From Octopus vulgaris (taxonomy: Eukaryota): 64,000 nt of DNA. A model generated the notes under the pieces. The model was not told the DNA's origin, searched no databases, and saw nothing but the letters and a program-made list of their open reading frames with translations. The position numbers and the translations under genes were made by a program. Below, piece after piece: positions 1 through 13,479 of the stretch (position 1 is its first letter; the number at the start of each line of letters is the position of its first letter). The DNA is taken from positions 166,284,001 to 166,348,000 of the forward strand of contig OX597814.1 in NCBI GenBank assembly GCA_951406725.2, given 5' to 3'.

Positions 1-546
1 GGCATGAATGCCAAGCAGTGCACCATGTTGTTTCCAAATTTCTGGCAGTTTGAATTGTGTCATGGTGCTGTTTTTCTCACAGGACAGTGCCCAACTGACC
101 CTCCTATACTGTGTAGTCAACAAAATCAAAAACAAACAATGTGCATGTGTGAAATTAAAAATATAAAAGGGCGACAATTTACCCATCGCACCCTGTATAT
201 ATGTGTGTGTGCATTTTCATTAATATTTAGCAGAAGCGACAGAGTAACTCAAGGTTTTGTGTGTTGGCACTTATCAAATTATATATGTATATATCTATAA
301 TTTTTGGTGATTCTGAGGCAAGTTATCTCACCAGGTCTATGACATTCAGGTGTCCTGTAAAACTCAGTGTGTAGGGTGTTTTCCCAAAATGCTATCCTGC
401 AGCAAATTCGGCATATCACTTCACTGTGTATGTTTGATTGATAAAGTTTACATCACTTGAGCAGCTTTTAATTCATAATTTAATTTTCTTTCACATGTGC
501 TATGCCACAGCACACTAGCAAATAGATTTCATTTTGTTTGCACATA

Positions 547-1056
547 CCATAAATCCTCGAGTATAGTCCACCCTTGAGTATAATACACAGGGGATTTTTA
601 GGGGGCTATACCTCTGAAAAACCTAAACCTTGTGTATAATGCACCCCTTCTATAACTTGAGTCAAGGAGGTCTATATAACGTCCTTGGTTTGTAAAACTG
701 TATACAGTAACATCCTTTATTATTATTGTATATATAACATAATGCAAATGTGTAGCTTTTTTGTGCATATTGTTTGCAGAAAATAAAGAAATAACAGTAA
801 TAACGTTTAATAAATGTTGCTTACTGCAAGTTATGGATGATTCTTTTATGACTTCACTGCTTTCAGGCTTAGCTTAAGGTATTATCGCGCCTGACATCAC
901 AAAATGCGTCTGAATAAAAATTGCCGGACAGCAAATAGAGACTCGGACATTGCTTAGAAGATATTTTTCATTTTTAACCTCATATATAGTACACACAAGG
1001 GGTTTTGACCATTAAATTTTGGAAAAAAAATGTGGATTATACTCGAGGATCTATGG
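547..1056. mobile_element. Non-autonomous Tc1/mariner-pogo-type MITE (~510 bp)
   Basis: Terminal inverted repeats ccataaatcctcgagtatagtccac / gtggattatactcgaggatctatgg, each flanked by TA; no ORF. Confidence 0.7.
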
Positions 1057-1261
1057 TAAGTCACAGACCAGAGATTAAATTTGTTTTGAGATGGTCAGAG
1101 GACATGATATTGATAAGCCACAATAATAGCAAAATATTGATATGTCAATCTCAGTGATTCTGAGCCAAGTTGTCTCACCTGGTCTGTGACAAATAGGTGT
1201 TCATGGATGCTTTCCCACAGCAAATATAAACAACACACATACGCTGTGTATGTGTGATAAT

Positions 1262-1301
<40 letters not shown>

Positions 1302-1784
1302 GTATACACACACACACACACATATAGTTGAAATATATAGAAAAACAAAAGATGAAGATGGGTGTATGAACAGCAAGCAAGTGTATTAGTTTGATGCTTG
1401 AGAAAATGAAAAAGTCTTTTATGTTTCGGGCCTATGCTTTTCAACAAAAAGGAATAAGGGAAAATAAACAGAGAGAGAATGAAAAATCTTATATATATAC
1501 ATATACACATTTATGTATTTGTTTTGCAAAGATTCTTGATGTGAAGATGTATATTGAAACAGATATTGTTATCGTTGGGGATGGTAATTTACTTATTTTT
1601 CTTTTGCTAGTTAAAAACATGCAAAAGAACATTGATAGACGTATGAACTGAAAATAATATGAATAAAAACTAAAGTGAAGATGAAATAAATAGTGTGTGT
1701 GTGTTTAATTGGCAATAAATAAATAAATAAATAAAATAACTATCTCCAAGTACAACAATATATAAATATATATATAAATGTACA

Positions 1785-1828
<44 letters not shown>

Positions 1829-1925
1829 ATAATAATAATAATAATAATAAAAAGAATTTTACAACTTATTCACCAACAGGTGAGTATAATGAAAGCAATA
1901 TTAACAGAAATGTAAAAAATAATAC

Positions 1926-2083
1926 CTGGCTTTCTATGGCACTTCGGATTTTTGAAGCAAAACTGCCTTTAAATCTATTTATAATAAAAGCAGCTCCTCC
2001 GTGAAAGTCTATACTGGGCTTTGGAACTGAAGCAGAACAAGCACCCATCTGAGCAGATATTTTTTTAGTTTTTATATTCTCAC
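1926..2083 (-). CDS. LBP/BPI-family gene, coding exon 5 (gene continues beyond position 1)
   Basis: Acceptor ttactttag, donor CAG|gtatt, 158 bp, phase 1 to 0. Encodes ENIKTKKISAQMGACSASVPKPSIDFHGGAAFIINRFKGSFASKIRSAIESQ, including the first Cys of the conserved BPI disulfide and the FHGG-x-x-W/F-I-x-N-x-F motif. Confidence 0.9.
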
Positions 2084-3026
2084 CTAAAGTAATAAAAAAA
2101 AAAATTTAATATGTCTATAAGAAAAACAATGATTACAATACATTAGCAGTAAGTACAAAATTTCAAAGATATTATCGAAACTTCTATGTTTCTATGTGGA
2201 TTTATAACTGGGAAATTCCTTGCCAACATTCAGACTTGGACAACATTTTTCTTGGAAGTCCAGCTGTTGCTCTTCTATATGCTACCAATGTTATCTGAGA
2301 AAAATTCAGGACCAATACACCTTGGCATCAATATTGTTACTGGTTTGCCTTCAGAATGCAAAAAGTCTGCACAAATTTTGCAAAAGATCTCATCCAACAC
2401 TAACTATTTTGCTAATCCATACCATGGACTAATATTTCATTTCCATCTTAAATAAAACATGGAAGCCAGAGTTAACCGTAGCAGAATTTGAATAAAGAAT
2501 GCAGTGAGCTAGAAAATTAAAAGTCATTTTATCCAACGCTTTAATCCGATTGAATTAACCCTTGTAGAGGGCTAAAACATATCTATTGACTCCAGAATTA
2601 GAATACACCAGGTGGCTAGAGTGTTGGGCTCACAGTCATAAGATTGTAGGTTCAATTCATACACTGGCCAGCATTTCATTTCCTATTCAACTTATCTGAA
2701 ATGAATACCAACCAAATACTAATACAACACTCTCACTTTCAAGCTGTCTGAGTCAACTGTGGGCAAGCTGAGAGAATGTTTAGAGATGCTTACAACAACA
2801 TAAGCGCCTAAAACAACAACAGTTTTTAATTATCCTTTACAAAATAAATACCATATATTAAACAGTTGACCTATACCTATAGTAGGCGCAGGCAATCATT
2901 GTTTTTAGAAAAGGAGGCCATGAGACATGGCTCATCATCAAGTTTTACTGCGCCACTAAAAATTTTGATGTAGGCCACAGTTTGCCTATGACTGATCAAT
3001 AAGTTATTGAAAATCTATGTTCCTTT

Positions 3027-3408
3027 ATTCTTTTACTTGTTTCAGTCATTTGACTGCAGCCATGCTGGGGCACCACCTTTACTTGAGAAAATCAACCCAA
3101 GGACTTATTCTTTGTAAGCCTAGTACTTATTCTATTGGTCTCTTTTGCCGAACTGCCAAGTTACAGGGTCGTAAACAAACCAGCATCGGTTGTCATGTGA
3201 TGTTGGGGACACAAATACAGACACACAAACACATACAAATATACAACGGGCGTCTTTCAGTTTCTGTCTTTCAAATATGCTCACAAAGCTTTGGTCAGCC
3301 TGAGGCTATAATAGAAGACACTTGCCTAAGGTGTCATGCAGTGGAATTTGAAGCTGTAACCATGTGGTTTGTAAGCAAGATACTTACCACACAGCCACTC
3401 ATGTGCCT
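3027..3408 (-). mobile_element. tRNA-derived SINE, family A
   Basis: Reverse complement of the repeat at 9630-10025 (head gtggctgtgtggtaag, tail tgactgaaacaagtaaaagaata). Confidence 0.8.
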
Positions 3409-3515
3409 ATGGGGTAAATAAAATTTAAGGTTGCAAGGGAAATATTTCCTTAGATTTGTACTACAACCATTTAGAAAAATAATATTATTCTAAATTGACA
3501 CATGAGCAAACTCAC

Positions 3516-3586
3516 CATAGAAGACAGTAAAATCAACTCCGATTCCGGGAGCATTCAGGTTAAATGATGATGATGTATGAAAGAAC
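3516..3586 (-). CDS. LBP/BPI-family gene, coding exon 4
   Basis: Acceptor ttttcttgcag, donor G|gtgag, 71 bp, phase 2 to 1. Encodes [23 protein letters not shown](G) and keeps frame between exons 3 and 5. Confidence 0.85.
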
Positions 3587-3605
3587 CTGCAAGAAAAGAA
3601 AAATT

Positions 3606-4395
<790 letters not shown>

Positions 4396-4630
4396 ATCTA
4401 TATGTATATAAATGTATATATATATAGAAGTATACATATCTAATCTTATATTTTTGTATTTCATTAAGTCACTTGACTGTGGCCATGCTGGAGCACGGGC
4501 TTTAGAAAATGAAAACATTTAGTAAGACCACCATGTAAATAAATCTTGGCAGAGATTTGAAACCTCTGCTTGTATGCTATGTTACTATTTCTAAACACCC
4601 TTACCTACTGAGCCACCAAATCAGCTTTCA

Positions 4631-5271
4631 TCACCGGTGATGACCTTTGAAAAAGTTCTGGATCAACTTCCAAGTGTTTTTCAGTTCACGACATGCATTC
4701 AGTTGTGACTGCTTTTGATCCTCCATGATCAGACAAGGCACAACTTTTGCTGCAACTCTTTTCATTTGCAATCTCTCACTCAAAATTCGTTGGTGGGAGC
4801 TCCAGGATACACCAGTCATATCAACAAGTTCGTCAACTGTTTGGTCATAGTCCTCCAAGATCAGTTCATTTGGAAGGTCAACGTTTGCCCTGAATGAGGT
4901 TGGTCTTCAAACAACAAATGACCATTCCTAAAGCATGGAAACCAGACATAAACTGGTGTTTTGTTCATGGCAGCTTCCTTATAAGCTGTTAGAAGCATGA
5001 CAACTGTTTCAGCCATCATTTTCCCCAGCAGAAAATAGAATTTCATGGAAGCACACTTTTCCTTCATTTCAGCCATCGCAAAAATCGATAAACAGGGGAA
5101 AATCACTGCAAAACAAAGACACACTATATGGCAGTACGACTCCACACACTGTTGCTGGTCGGCAGACTGATGCCTGAGGGTCACATCAAGTGCCTTCTAG
5201 CAGTGGAAGCCTGAACTACAATGCGCTTGTCCCACAGAGGACATTTCCAGTTACTTTTGGGCACCTCCTCG
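4631..5271 (-). mobile_element. Degenerate, truncated mariner (5' end and HTH region)
   Basis: Broken frames KFYFLLGKMMAETVVMLLTAYKEAAMNKTPVYVWF..EDQPHSG and QRILSERLQMKRVAAKVVP; TIR-like end ta-cgaggaggtgcccaaaagtaac at 5271. Confidence 0.75.
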
Positions 5272-5534
5272 TATATACACAAACATGAGTTTCCATATAG
5301 TTCCCATGTGTCAAATTCATTTACAAGGCAGCAATCAGCTCTGGATTATAGTAGCAGATACCTGCCCAAGGTGCCACACAGTGGGACTGAACCAGAAACT
5401 ATGTGGTTGCAAAACCAACTTCTTAACCTCACCACCATAAATAAAGTTGCAAAGTAATATAAAAAATATCCTGTATGCTTTTATATCTGTGTTTACTGGT
5501 GTGTGCTGGTAAAATATATTCAAAATTAGCTTAC

Positions 5535-5657
5535 GCATAACTTAGTTGGATGTGTCCCTGAAGTTTGATGTGAAAATTAGACAGTTTGAAATTGGTTCCT
5601 TTACCAGGGACGAAATTCACCGAAGGGCTGCCATATGAGAATTGTGTTATTTTCATC
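5535..5657 (-). CDS. LBP/BPI-family gene, coding exon 3
   Basis: Acceptor tttctttcag, donor GC|gtaag, 123 bp, phase 2 to 2. Encodes MKITQFSYGSPSVNFVPGKGTNFKLSNFHIKLQGHIQLSY, resembling the BPI segment [34 protein letters not shown]. Confidence 0.9.
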
Positions 5658-6689
5658 CTGAAAGAAATAAAAATATGTACATATTTAACAATTGCCTTGT
5701 CAAAGAGTAATTTCAGCCATTGAAGAACATACAAAAATATTATATTCGCTTTTATTTATTTCTTTATAAGCATTGCTTATGGGCAATGTTGTTAGTTTAG
5801 CTTGTTTCTTTGAGTATTTCTTCCATATCTCTGTCTCTTTTGAGGTTAACTTCACCATTTATCCTTTTGAGCTGAAGTAAAAGTACCACCCCAGTGCAGT
5901 GCAGTGGCATTTGGTGGAACTGTTGGAGGGTTCGGCAAAATGTTTTGCACTATCTTTTCTGGCTCTTTGCTTTCTGATAGCAGTGCCTGTGATGACAATA
6001 GTGCCTGACTGCATTGTTCCAAGTTGGCAGTCTCTCTGTTCAATAGCCATTGGTAGCATGGAGAGAAGAGAGACATGCATGCATGAACAACTGCCAGTCC
6101 TTCTCAAAAAAACTTGCCCTGGCCTGCACATATACATGCAGTTGTATGGACAAAGATATTTTGATGTTAATTATGGTGAGTTACAGATCAGAGGAAAGAT
6201 ATTTCAATCCTGGTTCATCTTATCTTTTTACAGACATACAGTTATCCCATGAGTCCTGCAGTTTTTTTTTTAAACTCTTAATATCAACCTGACTTGCATC
6301 AGCTGTACTAAAGTGTTAATATTTAAATTAAAATCTTGATAGAAAAAATTCTCTTAATATGAATGACATTGAGAGATTTCAGGTTAATGTAGCAAAACTA
6401 AGTAATTAATTAATTCATTCATTCATTAATATATGCATACATATTTCATACACACATACACATGTACATATGTATATACATAAATACATGCAAACATACA
6501 CATATACTTACTTACAGACATATAAAGTTACAGATGTTTCACTAAAACTTTCTTAAGTTTTAAAATATTGTCATAAAATGGTTAAGACAGTAGGGTATAA
6601 TTTGAGAAAAATTTCTAGCAAGTCAAGCATCTGTACAGATCTTCCTCCTCTAAGTAGGTAATAAGTTATATGTAAATCTACAGGGGTAT

Positions 6690-7140
6690 CATCATCATCA
6701 TCGTTTAACGTTCGCTTTCCATGCTAGCATGGGTTGGACGATTTGACTGAGGTCTGGTGAACCAGATGGCTGCACCAGACTCCAATCTGATCAGATTCTA
6801 CAGCTGGATGCCCTTCCTAATGCCAACCACTCTGAGAGTGTAGTAGGTGCATTTATGTGCCACCGGCATGAGGGCCAGTTAGGTGGTACTGACAACGGCC
6901 ACACTCAAATGGTACTTTTTATGTGCCACCTGCACAGGAGCCAGTCCAGTGGCACTGGCAATGACTTCGCCCGAATGTTTTCTTTCACGTGCCACTAGCT
7001 CAAGTGCTAGTAAGGCAACACAGGTAACGATCACGCTCGAATGGTGTTTTTAATGTGCCATCGGCACAGAGGCCAGCTTGTTGCTCTGGCAACGATCTCA
7101 CTCATATGGTACTCTTAGCGCTCCACTAGCAACAGATGCC
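6690..7140 (-). mobile_element. 3' UTR fragment of an RTE-like LINE with (GAT)n tail
   Basis: Reverse-complement match to 19900-20322, which follows an RTE-like ORF end. Confidence 0.65.
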
Positions 7141-8152
7141 ACCACCACCACCACCACTGCAGTCACCACCAGCACCATCATCGCCACCATCATCATCTTT
7201 TATACTGGTATAGGTTGAATTATTTGACAAGATCCAATGAGCCAAGTACTGTGTCAAGCTCCAGTGTCTGCTTTAACATGATTTCTATTGTTGGATACCC
7301 TTCCCAATGCCAATCACTCTACAGAGTGTAGTGTGTGCTTTTTTATGATACTGGAACTTGTGAAGTTACCAAGTAAATTGCAAGATGAAAAAAAATCTCC
7401 CTTGACTAAGTGGAGGCATAGCAGGGAGAGAGAGATGGCTTTATATTAGATGTTGGGAGTTCATAGCTACCCCACATTGTATGGTAGTACATGGCTACCC
7501 CATATTGTTTAAAGGTGAGTGAGAATAGCTAGAAGGAGAAAGATGATGATGACAAAGTCTCAGGGAATACCTCAAGGTACAAAAAGATGAGTAGAAGAGA
7601 AAATAGGGAGAGAGGAAGAGGGTAAGTTCACAAGAGTCTGAGAGGTGAGTGATAGATTGTTAGAAATGGGGGTATGTAGAGAATGTTGACAAGAGTGGAG
7701 GTATAACTGAGGGGAAAGGTGAAAGAATTAGTTGGTCATGAAGGAGGAGGTGATAAGCAGCAGTACAGAAAGGGTGAAGAGCAGTAGTATTAAAGTGTAG
7801 ATAGATAGATGTGAATAGGGAGATGATGAGGGGGTGGGGTGGGGCCGTTTGGAAAAAGTGGAGTGCTGGAAGAGAGAGGGGGTGGGGTATTGTGATAGAG
7901 ATAGTTGTCAGGGGTGTGTAAAGGTGGATACAGTGAGTGGCAAATGAAGGTGGTAGGGCAGTCAACGGCAGATATAAGAGGGTGTTACGAATGAGGTATG
8001 GTAGCCAAAAGATATAGCTAAGGAGAAAGGTAGATGTAGGGTGATCAGTGGAAAATATAGTGGGAATGGAGAATATTGAGAAGGAGGGATGGATGTTGAA
8101 CAGAAGCAGTTTCAGGGAGAGAGATGAGGGATAATGTAGTACAAAAGTGGGT

Positions 8153-8450
8153 GTACATACATAACTACGTAGGTATTAGCTGATTTCGAATTTGGTGTAT
8201 TGATGAGTTTTGTATGCTAATTATTGATATAAAATTCATTTTTGCCATAAATCAATAAATAAGTGGTTAATAGCTTTTAAAGTTTGCAAATTTTGGGCAG
8301 TTTTAGCCAATCGAAAGCCACAGACATATAGATGCCTGTTTCCATTGTGACAAGCCAAGCATTGGAACTCTTGTTTACAAACTGATAGTTTATGCTGTGT
8401 TTTTCTGCTTGTACCCATTTGTTGTTGCTTTTGGATCTTTTACATTGCAC
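8153..8450. repeat. ~300-bp dispersed repeat, copy 1 (copy 2 at ~10415-10710)
   Basis: Near-identical direct copies; they give duplicate ORFs 8236..8418 and 10478..10678. Confidence 0.85.
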
Positions 8451-8776
8451 TTTGTATAGTACTACTCTCATATAATTACAGCAGCTGAATAGCGTCATAA
8501 TTAGAAGAGTGATGGAGGGAAGGGTGTTAGGAAGATAAAGATATGGGGAAGGCTTGAGTAAGACAAAGCAAGAAGAAAGGCAGGTCCCAGTTGTGTGTAT
8601 AGATATAAAAATAATGTTTTTAGGCCCTCACTTTTGTTGAGATTGGTAGGTCTTCTCAAGCACAGTGCACCACCAATTACAGGCATGAAAGAAGTGGATT
8701 GGAAAACGTTAGAATTGGCAAAGTTGGTTATTGGTGACATACAAGTAAATGCAGAAACACTTAAAGCTTATCTTAC

Positions 8777-8876
8777 CCATTAACATTATATCTGATATGA
8801 CCACTTCGCCCACTTTGATCTGGGATATGTTTGCTGAGGATAGTTTTCTTTGCTATCACCAAAGCAGCATCAGTTG
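8777..8876 (-). CDS. LBP/BPI-family gene, coding exon 2
   Basis: Acceptor ttttcttag, donor GG|gtaag, 100 bp, phase 1 to 2. Encodes (A)TDAALVIAKKTILSKHIPDQSGRSGHIRYNVN(G), with the IPD-x-SG...Y pattern of BPI/LBP. Confidence 0.9.
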
Positions 8877-9629
8877 CTAAGAAAAAGGGAAAATAAAAAA
8901 TTGAAAACAAAACAAATGTGATACATACAATTGTGGGCAAAAGTTTGGAACGCTCTTTTTTAAATTAAAATTGTTATGCCCAAGAACAATTCTATTCAAA
9001 TATATACAATGTATATATCTGGGCATTTAATACAAAAAATTCTAATTTTCAGACCTATGTTCCAAACTTTTGGCCATGACTTAACATCAATCCAATATAT
9101 TAAATGTGAATGACAGTGAGTCACACTTTTTCAACTTTATTCCTAGACATTGTAGCCCAACATATCATACCATTTTGGAATCAGGCAGAGTAAATTAAAA
9201 ACATTATGTGCTGAATAAGGACCCACAATCCTGAAATTTGGATTCCCAAGTTTTCATTACTGTGATTGTTTTTGGTGATATTTTTACATAATTTTTTGCG
9301 ATTAATTTTCTTGCACGATAACAATTTTTACTAGTTGGACCCATGAAAACATCATGGAAAACATAAAAAAATGTAAGCATCTGTAAATAGTGACTTCATT
9401 TAATAACTATCAAATAATTACGGGCATAACTACAGATGTATACCCCCACTGCCTCATAAATTCCATAAATAATCGCTTGGATCCTGTTGATTGAGTGTAT
9501 GTTAAGATTTGTGGGAAAAAGTTTTTCTGAAGGGCTAGGGGGAGGAGTTTCAGAAATTCACATAACCTGACATTTTCTGCCACATAACTTTCAGGAAAAT
9601 TCGTATTTTTCAATGAAATTCTATACAAA

Positions 9630-10025
9630 TAGGCACAAGAGTGGCTGTGTGGTAAGTAGCTTGTTTACTAACCACATGGTTCCGGGTTCAGTCCCACTGC
9701 GTGGCACCTTGGGCAAGTGTCTTCTACTATAGCCTCTGGCCGACCAAAGCCTTGTGAGTGGATTTGGTAGACGGAAACTGAAAGAAGCCCGTCGTATATA
9801 TGTATGTGCGTGTATGTTTGTGTGTCTGTGTTTGTCCCCCCAGCATTGCTTGACAACCGATGCTGGTGTGTTTATGTCCCCGTCACTTAGTGGTTCGGCA
9901 AAAGAGGCCGATAGAATAAGTACTGGGCTCACAAAGAATAAGTCCCGGGGTCGAGTTGCTCAATTAAAGGTGGTGCACCAGCATGGCTGCAGTTAAAATG
10001 ACTGAAACAAGTAAAAAGAGAAAAA
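9630..10025 (+). mobile_element. tRNA-derived SINE, family A (full length). Other copies: ~5285-5430(-), 22480-22875(-), 35595-35930(+), 36742-36950(-), 55078-55425(+), 62190-62575(+), 63928-64000(+)
   Basis: Pol III A-box-like TGGCTGTGTGG and B-box-like GGTTCAGTCCC, internal (TA/TG)n, common tail; many similar copies in the window. Confidence 0.85.
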
Positions 10026-11288
10026 GAGAGAAAGAGAAATACCTTCCAAACAATGGCTTTATCATATATCATTCAAAACAAAAAGTTTTCCAGTGTTTTC
10101 TCTCTGAGAATAGCTTCATTCTCTATCCATTCCTTTTGTTCACTCAATCTATCTCTTTAAATATCTTTCTCTTCCTCCTCTATGTCTCCTTGCCTCTAAC
10201 CATTCTCCTGCATTTAATGCAATATATTTCTCTTGTCTCTCAGAGCTATCAATGTCCTCTCTCTTTCTTTCTCTCTTTCTCAGTCCCTCCCTCTTAGTCC
10301 CTATTCTTTGCTGCTTTGCCTCTTCAACTATACTTCTTCTGCTTAACAAGTTTCCTTTCTCTCTTTTTACCTCTTCCTTTCAACTAAATGTGACACACAC
10401 CACATGTACGTATGTACATACATAACTACGTTGGTATTAGCTGATTTCGAATTTGGTGTATTGATGAGTTTTGTATGCTAATTATTGACATAAAATTCAT
10501 TTTTGCCATAATCAATAAATAAGTGGTTAATAGCTTTTAAAGTTTGCAAATTTTGGGCAGTTTTAGCCAATCGAAAGCCACAGACATATAGGTGCCTGTT
10601 TCCATTGTGACAAGCCAAGCATTGGAACTCTTGTTTACAAACTGATAGTTTATGCTTTGTTTTCCTGCTTGTACCCATTTGTTGTTGCTTTTGGATCTTT
10701 TACATTGCCCTTTTGGTACCCACCTCTTGACTGTTTAAAACTACAAAAATATGTGTTGTCTACTCATTTTTTCACATTAAATGCATATTGAATGCTTAAA
10801 AGTACAAAATATGTGTTGTTTACTCATTTTGGGGGTCATTCTTTGCTTATCAAATGCTTTAAACATGTGCTATCATTGCAATGTTGACATTATTGTTTTG
10901 TCATCTTACGATTTCAGTCACGCACAAAATGACAGTTTCCAAATCTTGTTTTCTAACTGGGTAAAAAATTATCAAACTTTAAACCTCTCTAACATTAAAA
11001 AAAAATTTTTCTGGAACAATTGAATTAGGCCCTGAGATTCAATATGAAAAATTACAGCAATATTCCAAATTTGAATATTTTCACTTAATTTAAAAATTTC
11101 AAAAAGTGTAGCCAAATAGAGAAGATACACAAAAGCCCCAATGATGTTTAATTCCTTAATGAGAAAGAGAATCTGATAAGTAATAATAAGGAGATTTGCC
11201 ACACCAGACTGATTTTGCTACCATTCCGTGGTGTTCAAATAGTCTTTTGTCCCTTTTGACTAAATATACTCAAGTACAATCAGTAAGT

Positions 11289-11535
11289 GGAGGTGCGTGG
11301 CTTAGTGGTTAGGGTGTCAGCATCACGATCGTAAGATTGTGGTTTCGATTCCTGGACTGAGTGACGCGTTGTGTTCTTGAGTAAAACACTTCATTTCACA
11401 TTGCTCCAGTCCACTCAGCTGGCATAAATGAATAATGCTATGAAGGACTGGCGTCCTGTCCAGCTGGGGAACACATATGCCATTGAAACCAGGAAACCGG
11501 GCCCATGAGCCTGGCTAGGCTTTAAAAGGGTGCAT
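11289..11535 (+). mobile_element. tRNA-derived SINE, family C (related head at ~54600-54896 on the minus strand)
   Basis: Head gtggcttagtggttag...ggtttcgattcc with A and B boxes; no intact tRNA acceptor stem. Confidence 0.7.
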
Positions 11536-12308
11536 TTATTATTACTTATTACAATCAGTAAATGTAATATTTTGTTCATTTGATGCTTAAACACAAAAAG
11601 AGAGAGTGTCATCTTAATAAATAGTCAGTTTAAATCTTTTCCACAAACATTTTAAACAGTATGAAATTATGGCTTGGATACATATATAATTAATATATAA
11701 ATAAGTAAATAAATAACATAATGCCAGATGAAAATTTACAATGGATGCCTGTCATATCTTAATACTTATTTTTGGGACAGTAAAACAAAATCTTGCCTGG
11801 AAGCAAGGTGAGTCAGAGCTGTGTAGGTTATCACAAACATTCAGGACTCTTGACAGGAGTTTCTTTGCAATAATTCAAAGGGATAATTGGCTGGGTCACA
11901 TCAAAGCAATGCAAAAAAAACCAAAAAAAAAACAGAGGCCACAGAAAGGTTTTACATTATCTTGAGAACAATAGAAATAGCAAAGCAGCTGTTAACATCA
12001 ACAATCACATTGTTTAAAGACAAAAAAGGAGCAACGGGGAAAGGAAAGTACATGTGGAAGATACACACATGCACGCATACGTGCACACACACACACACAC
12101 ACGCACACACATGTACATGTGTGAATGTGTATTTGTGTATATGTGCATGTAGACCACACATACATTCTTTTATTAAGTTTCAGCCCTAAATCTGTGGTCA
12201 TGCTGGGGCACTGCTATATATATGATCAATTCACTTTTCATATAATATATATATGATCAATTCACTTCTCATGCAAAATATATATGAACACTTTCACTTT
12301 TCATACAA

Positions 12309-12704
12309 TCTATATATATAAAGCTGAAGTTGTCTGTGTATAGCAGGTTTTGGTAGCCTTCAACTAACACTATCTCCTCCGAGACTCTGCAGCGCAAGTT
12401 GACCAAAATTGAGAGTATGATAGAAGAAGGCTTGCTCTTCCTTCCGTAGAAGAAAAAATTCAAATTGGACCATGTTAACACCAAAAAATTATTTACATCA
12501 AAAAGGTGCTTTTTTTCTATGAAAATCCCTATTTTTTACGATTTTTTTTACTGGTGTCACCATTTTTTGGTGTATTTCAACCAGAAAGATGTTCACTTAA
12601 AGAGAATAACAAGCTACATAATGCAAAATTTTTACTTTTCAAAAGTTCCAATTCTAAGAGTCAAATAGAAAACAAGCCGAAGCAATGCTGGGCTATACTG
12701 CTAG
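12309..12704 (+). mobile_element. Non-autonomous Helitron-like element (~396 bp)
   Basis: Starts TC(tatatatataaag), ends with an imperfect GC hairpin gccgaagcaatgctgggc then CTAG; inserted between A and T, no target duplication. Confidence 0.65.
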
Positions 12705-13479
12705 TATATGTATATGATCAATTCACGTTTCATATAAAATCACTTTCTTATTGCAGACTTATGTTTGTAACAGGTTTAACAGCATTTCTACCAAGGACCT
12801 TCAGATGACTATTTAGCCCTAATTTTCTTTGAAATTTTTGGTGACAAATGTAACACAAAGTTCAATCAAGAATCACATGATCTGTAACTTCATGAGACAC
12901 AGCATTTTCAGATCAGTCTTCACTGTTTCATCTTGGGTCCTTTTATTTTACTTCTGTTGTGTTGGTGCACTGAAAAACACACCCAGTATATTCCATAAAG
13001 TGTTGGGTGACAAAAAAAACCATCCAGCCTCAGAAATCAATCAGAGTATCAGTCTATGTAAACAGCAGCCCCCCAATAAGATAAGACCATGGCAATATGT
13101 TCAAACTATGCCAACATGGAAAGTGGATGTAAAAACATTGTTGATGATGATGATGGTGATGATGTTGTATCTAGGGAGAGTTTTTATTATTAACACATGC
13201 CTGGTGAAAACAATCCGACTCCACTCCTGCAACATTCAGCCGACACAATTTGAACACTTTGCTCAGAACCGGCAAATCTGGTGCTCCTTTTGTGAGGAAG
13301 GAGCTGCACACTTAGAGCTAATCCAATGTGAGAAACTTGAGGAAAAGAGACATCAGTGTCATCTCAGACTCTCCAGACTCTCCGACAACATAACCGGCCA
13401 CTTCCCTTGTCATCTGTATTCAAGGACATGCCATTTCAGGATTGGATTGTTTTCACATCTATCAACTCAACAAAATGTA

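Noticed and set aside
332-396. AG...GT-bounded segment on the minus strand as a candidate LBP/BPI exon 6
   Set aside because: In the required phase 0 it hits a stop (DSILGKHPTH*) and lacks the expected Cys.
7400-8150. Purine-rich tract with a 101-aa minus-strand ORF
   Set aside because: Low-complexity sequence with no identifiable motif or splice-compatible exon.
11289-11360. tRNA-like sequences with A and B boxes (also 9630, 54830-54896, 63030-63085)
   Set aside because: No complete cloverleaf; most run directly into repeated SINE bodies.
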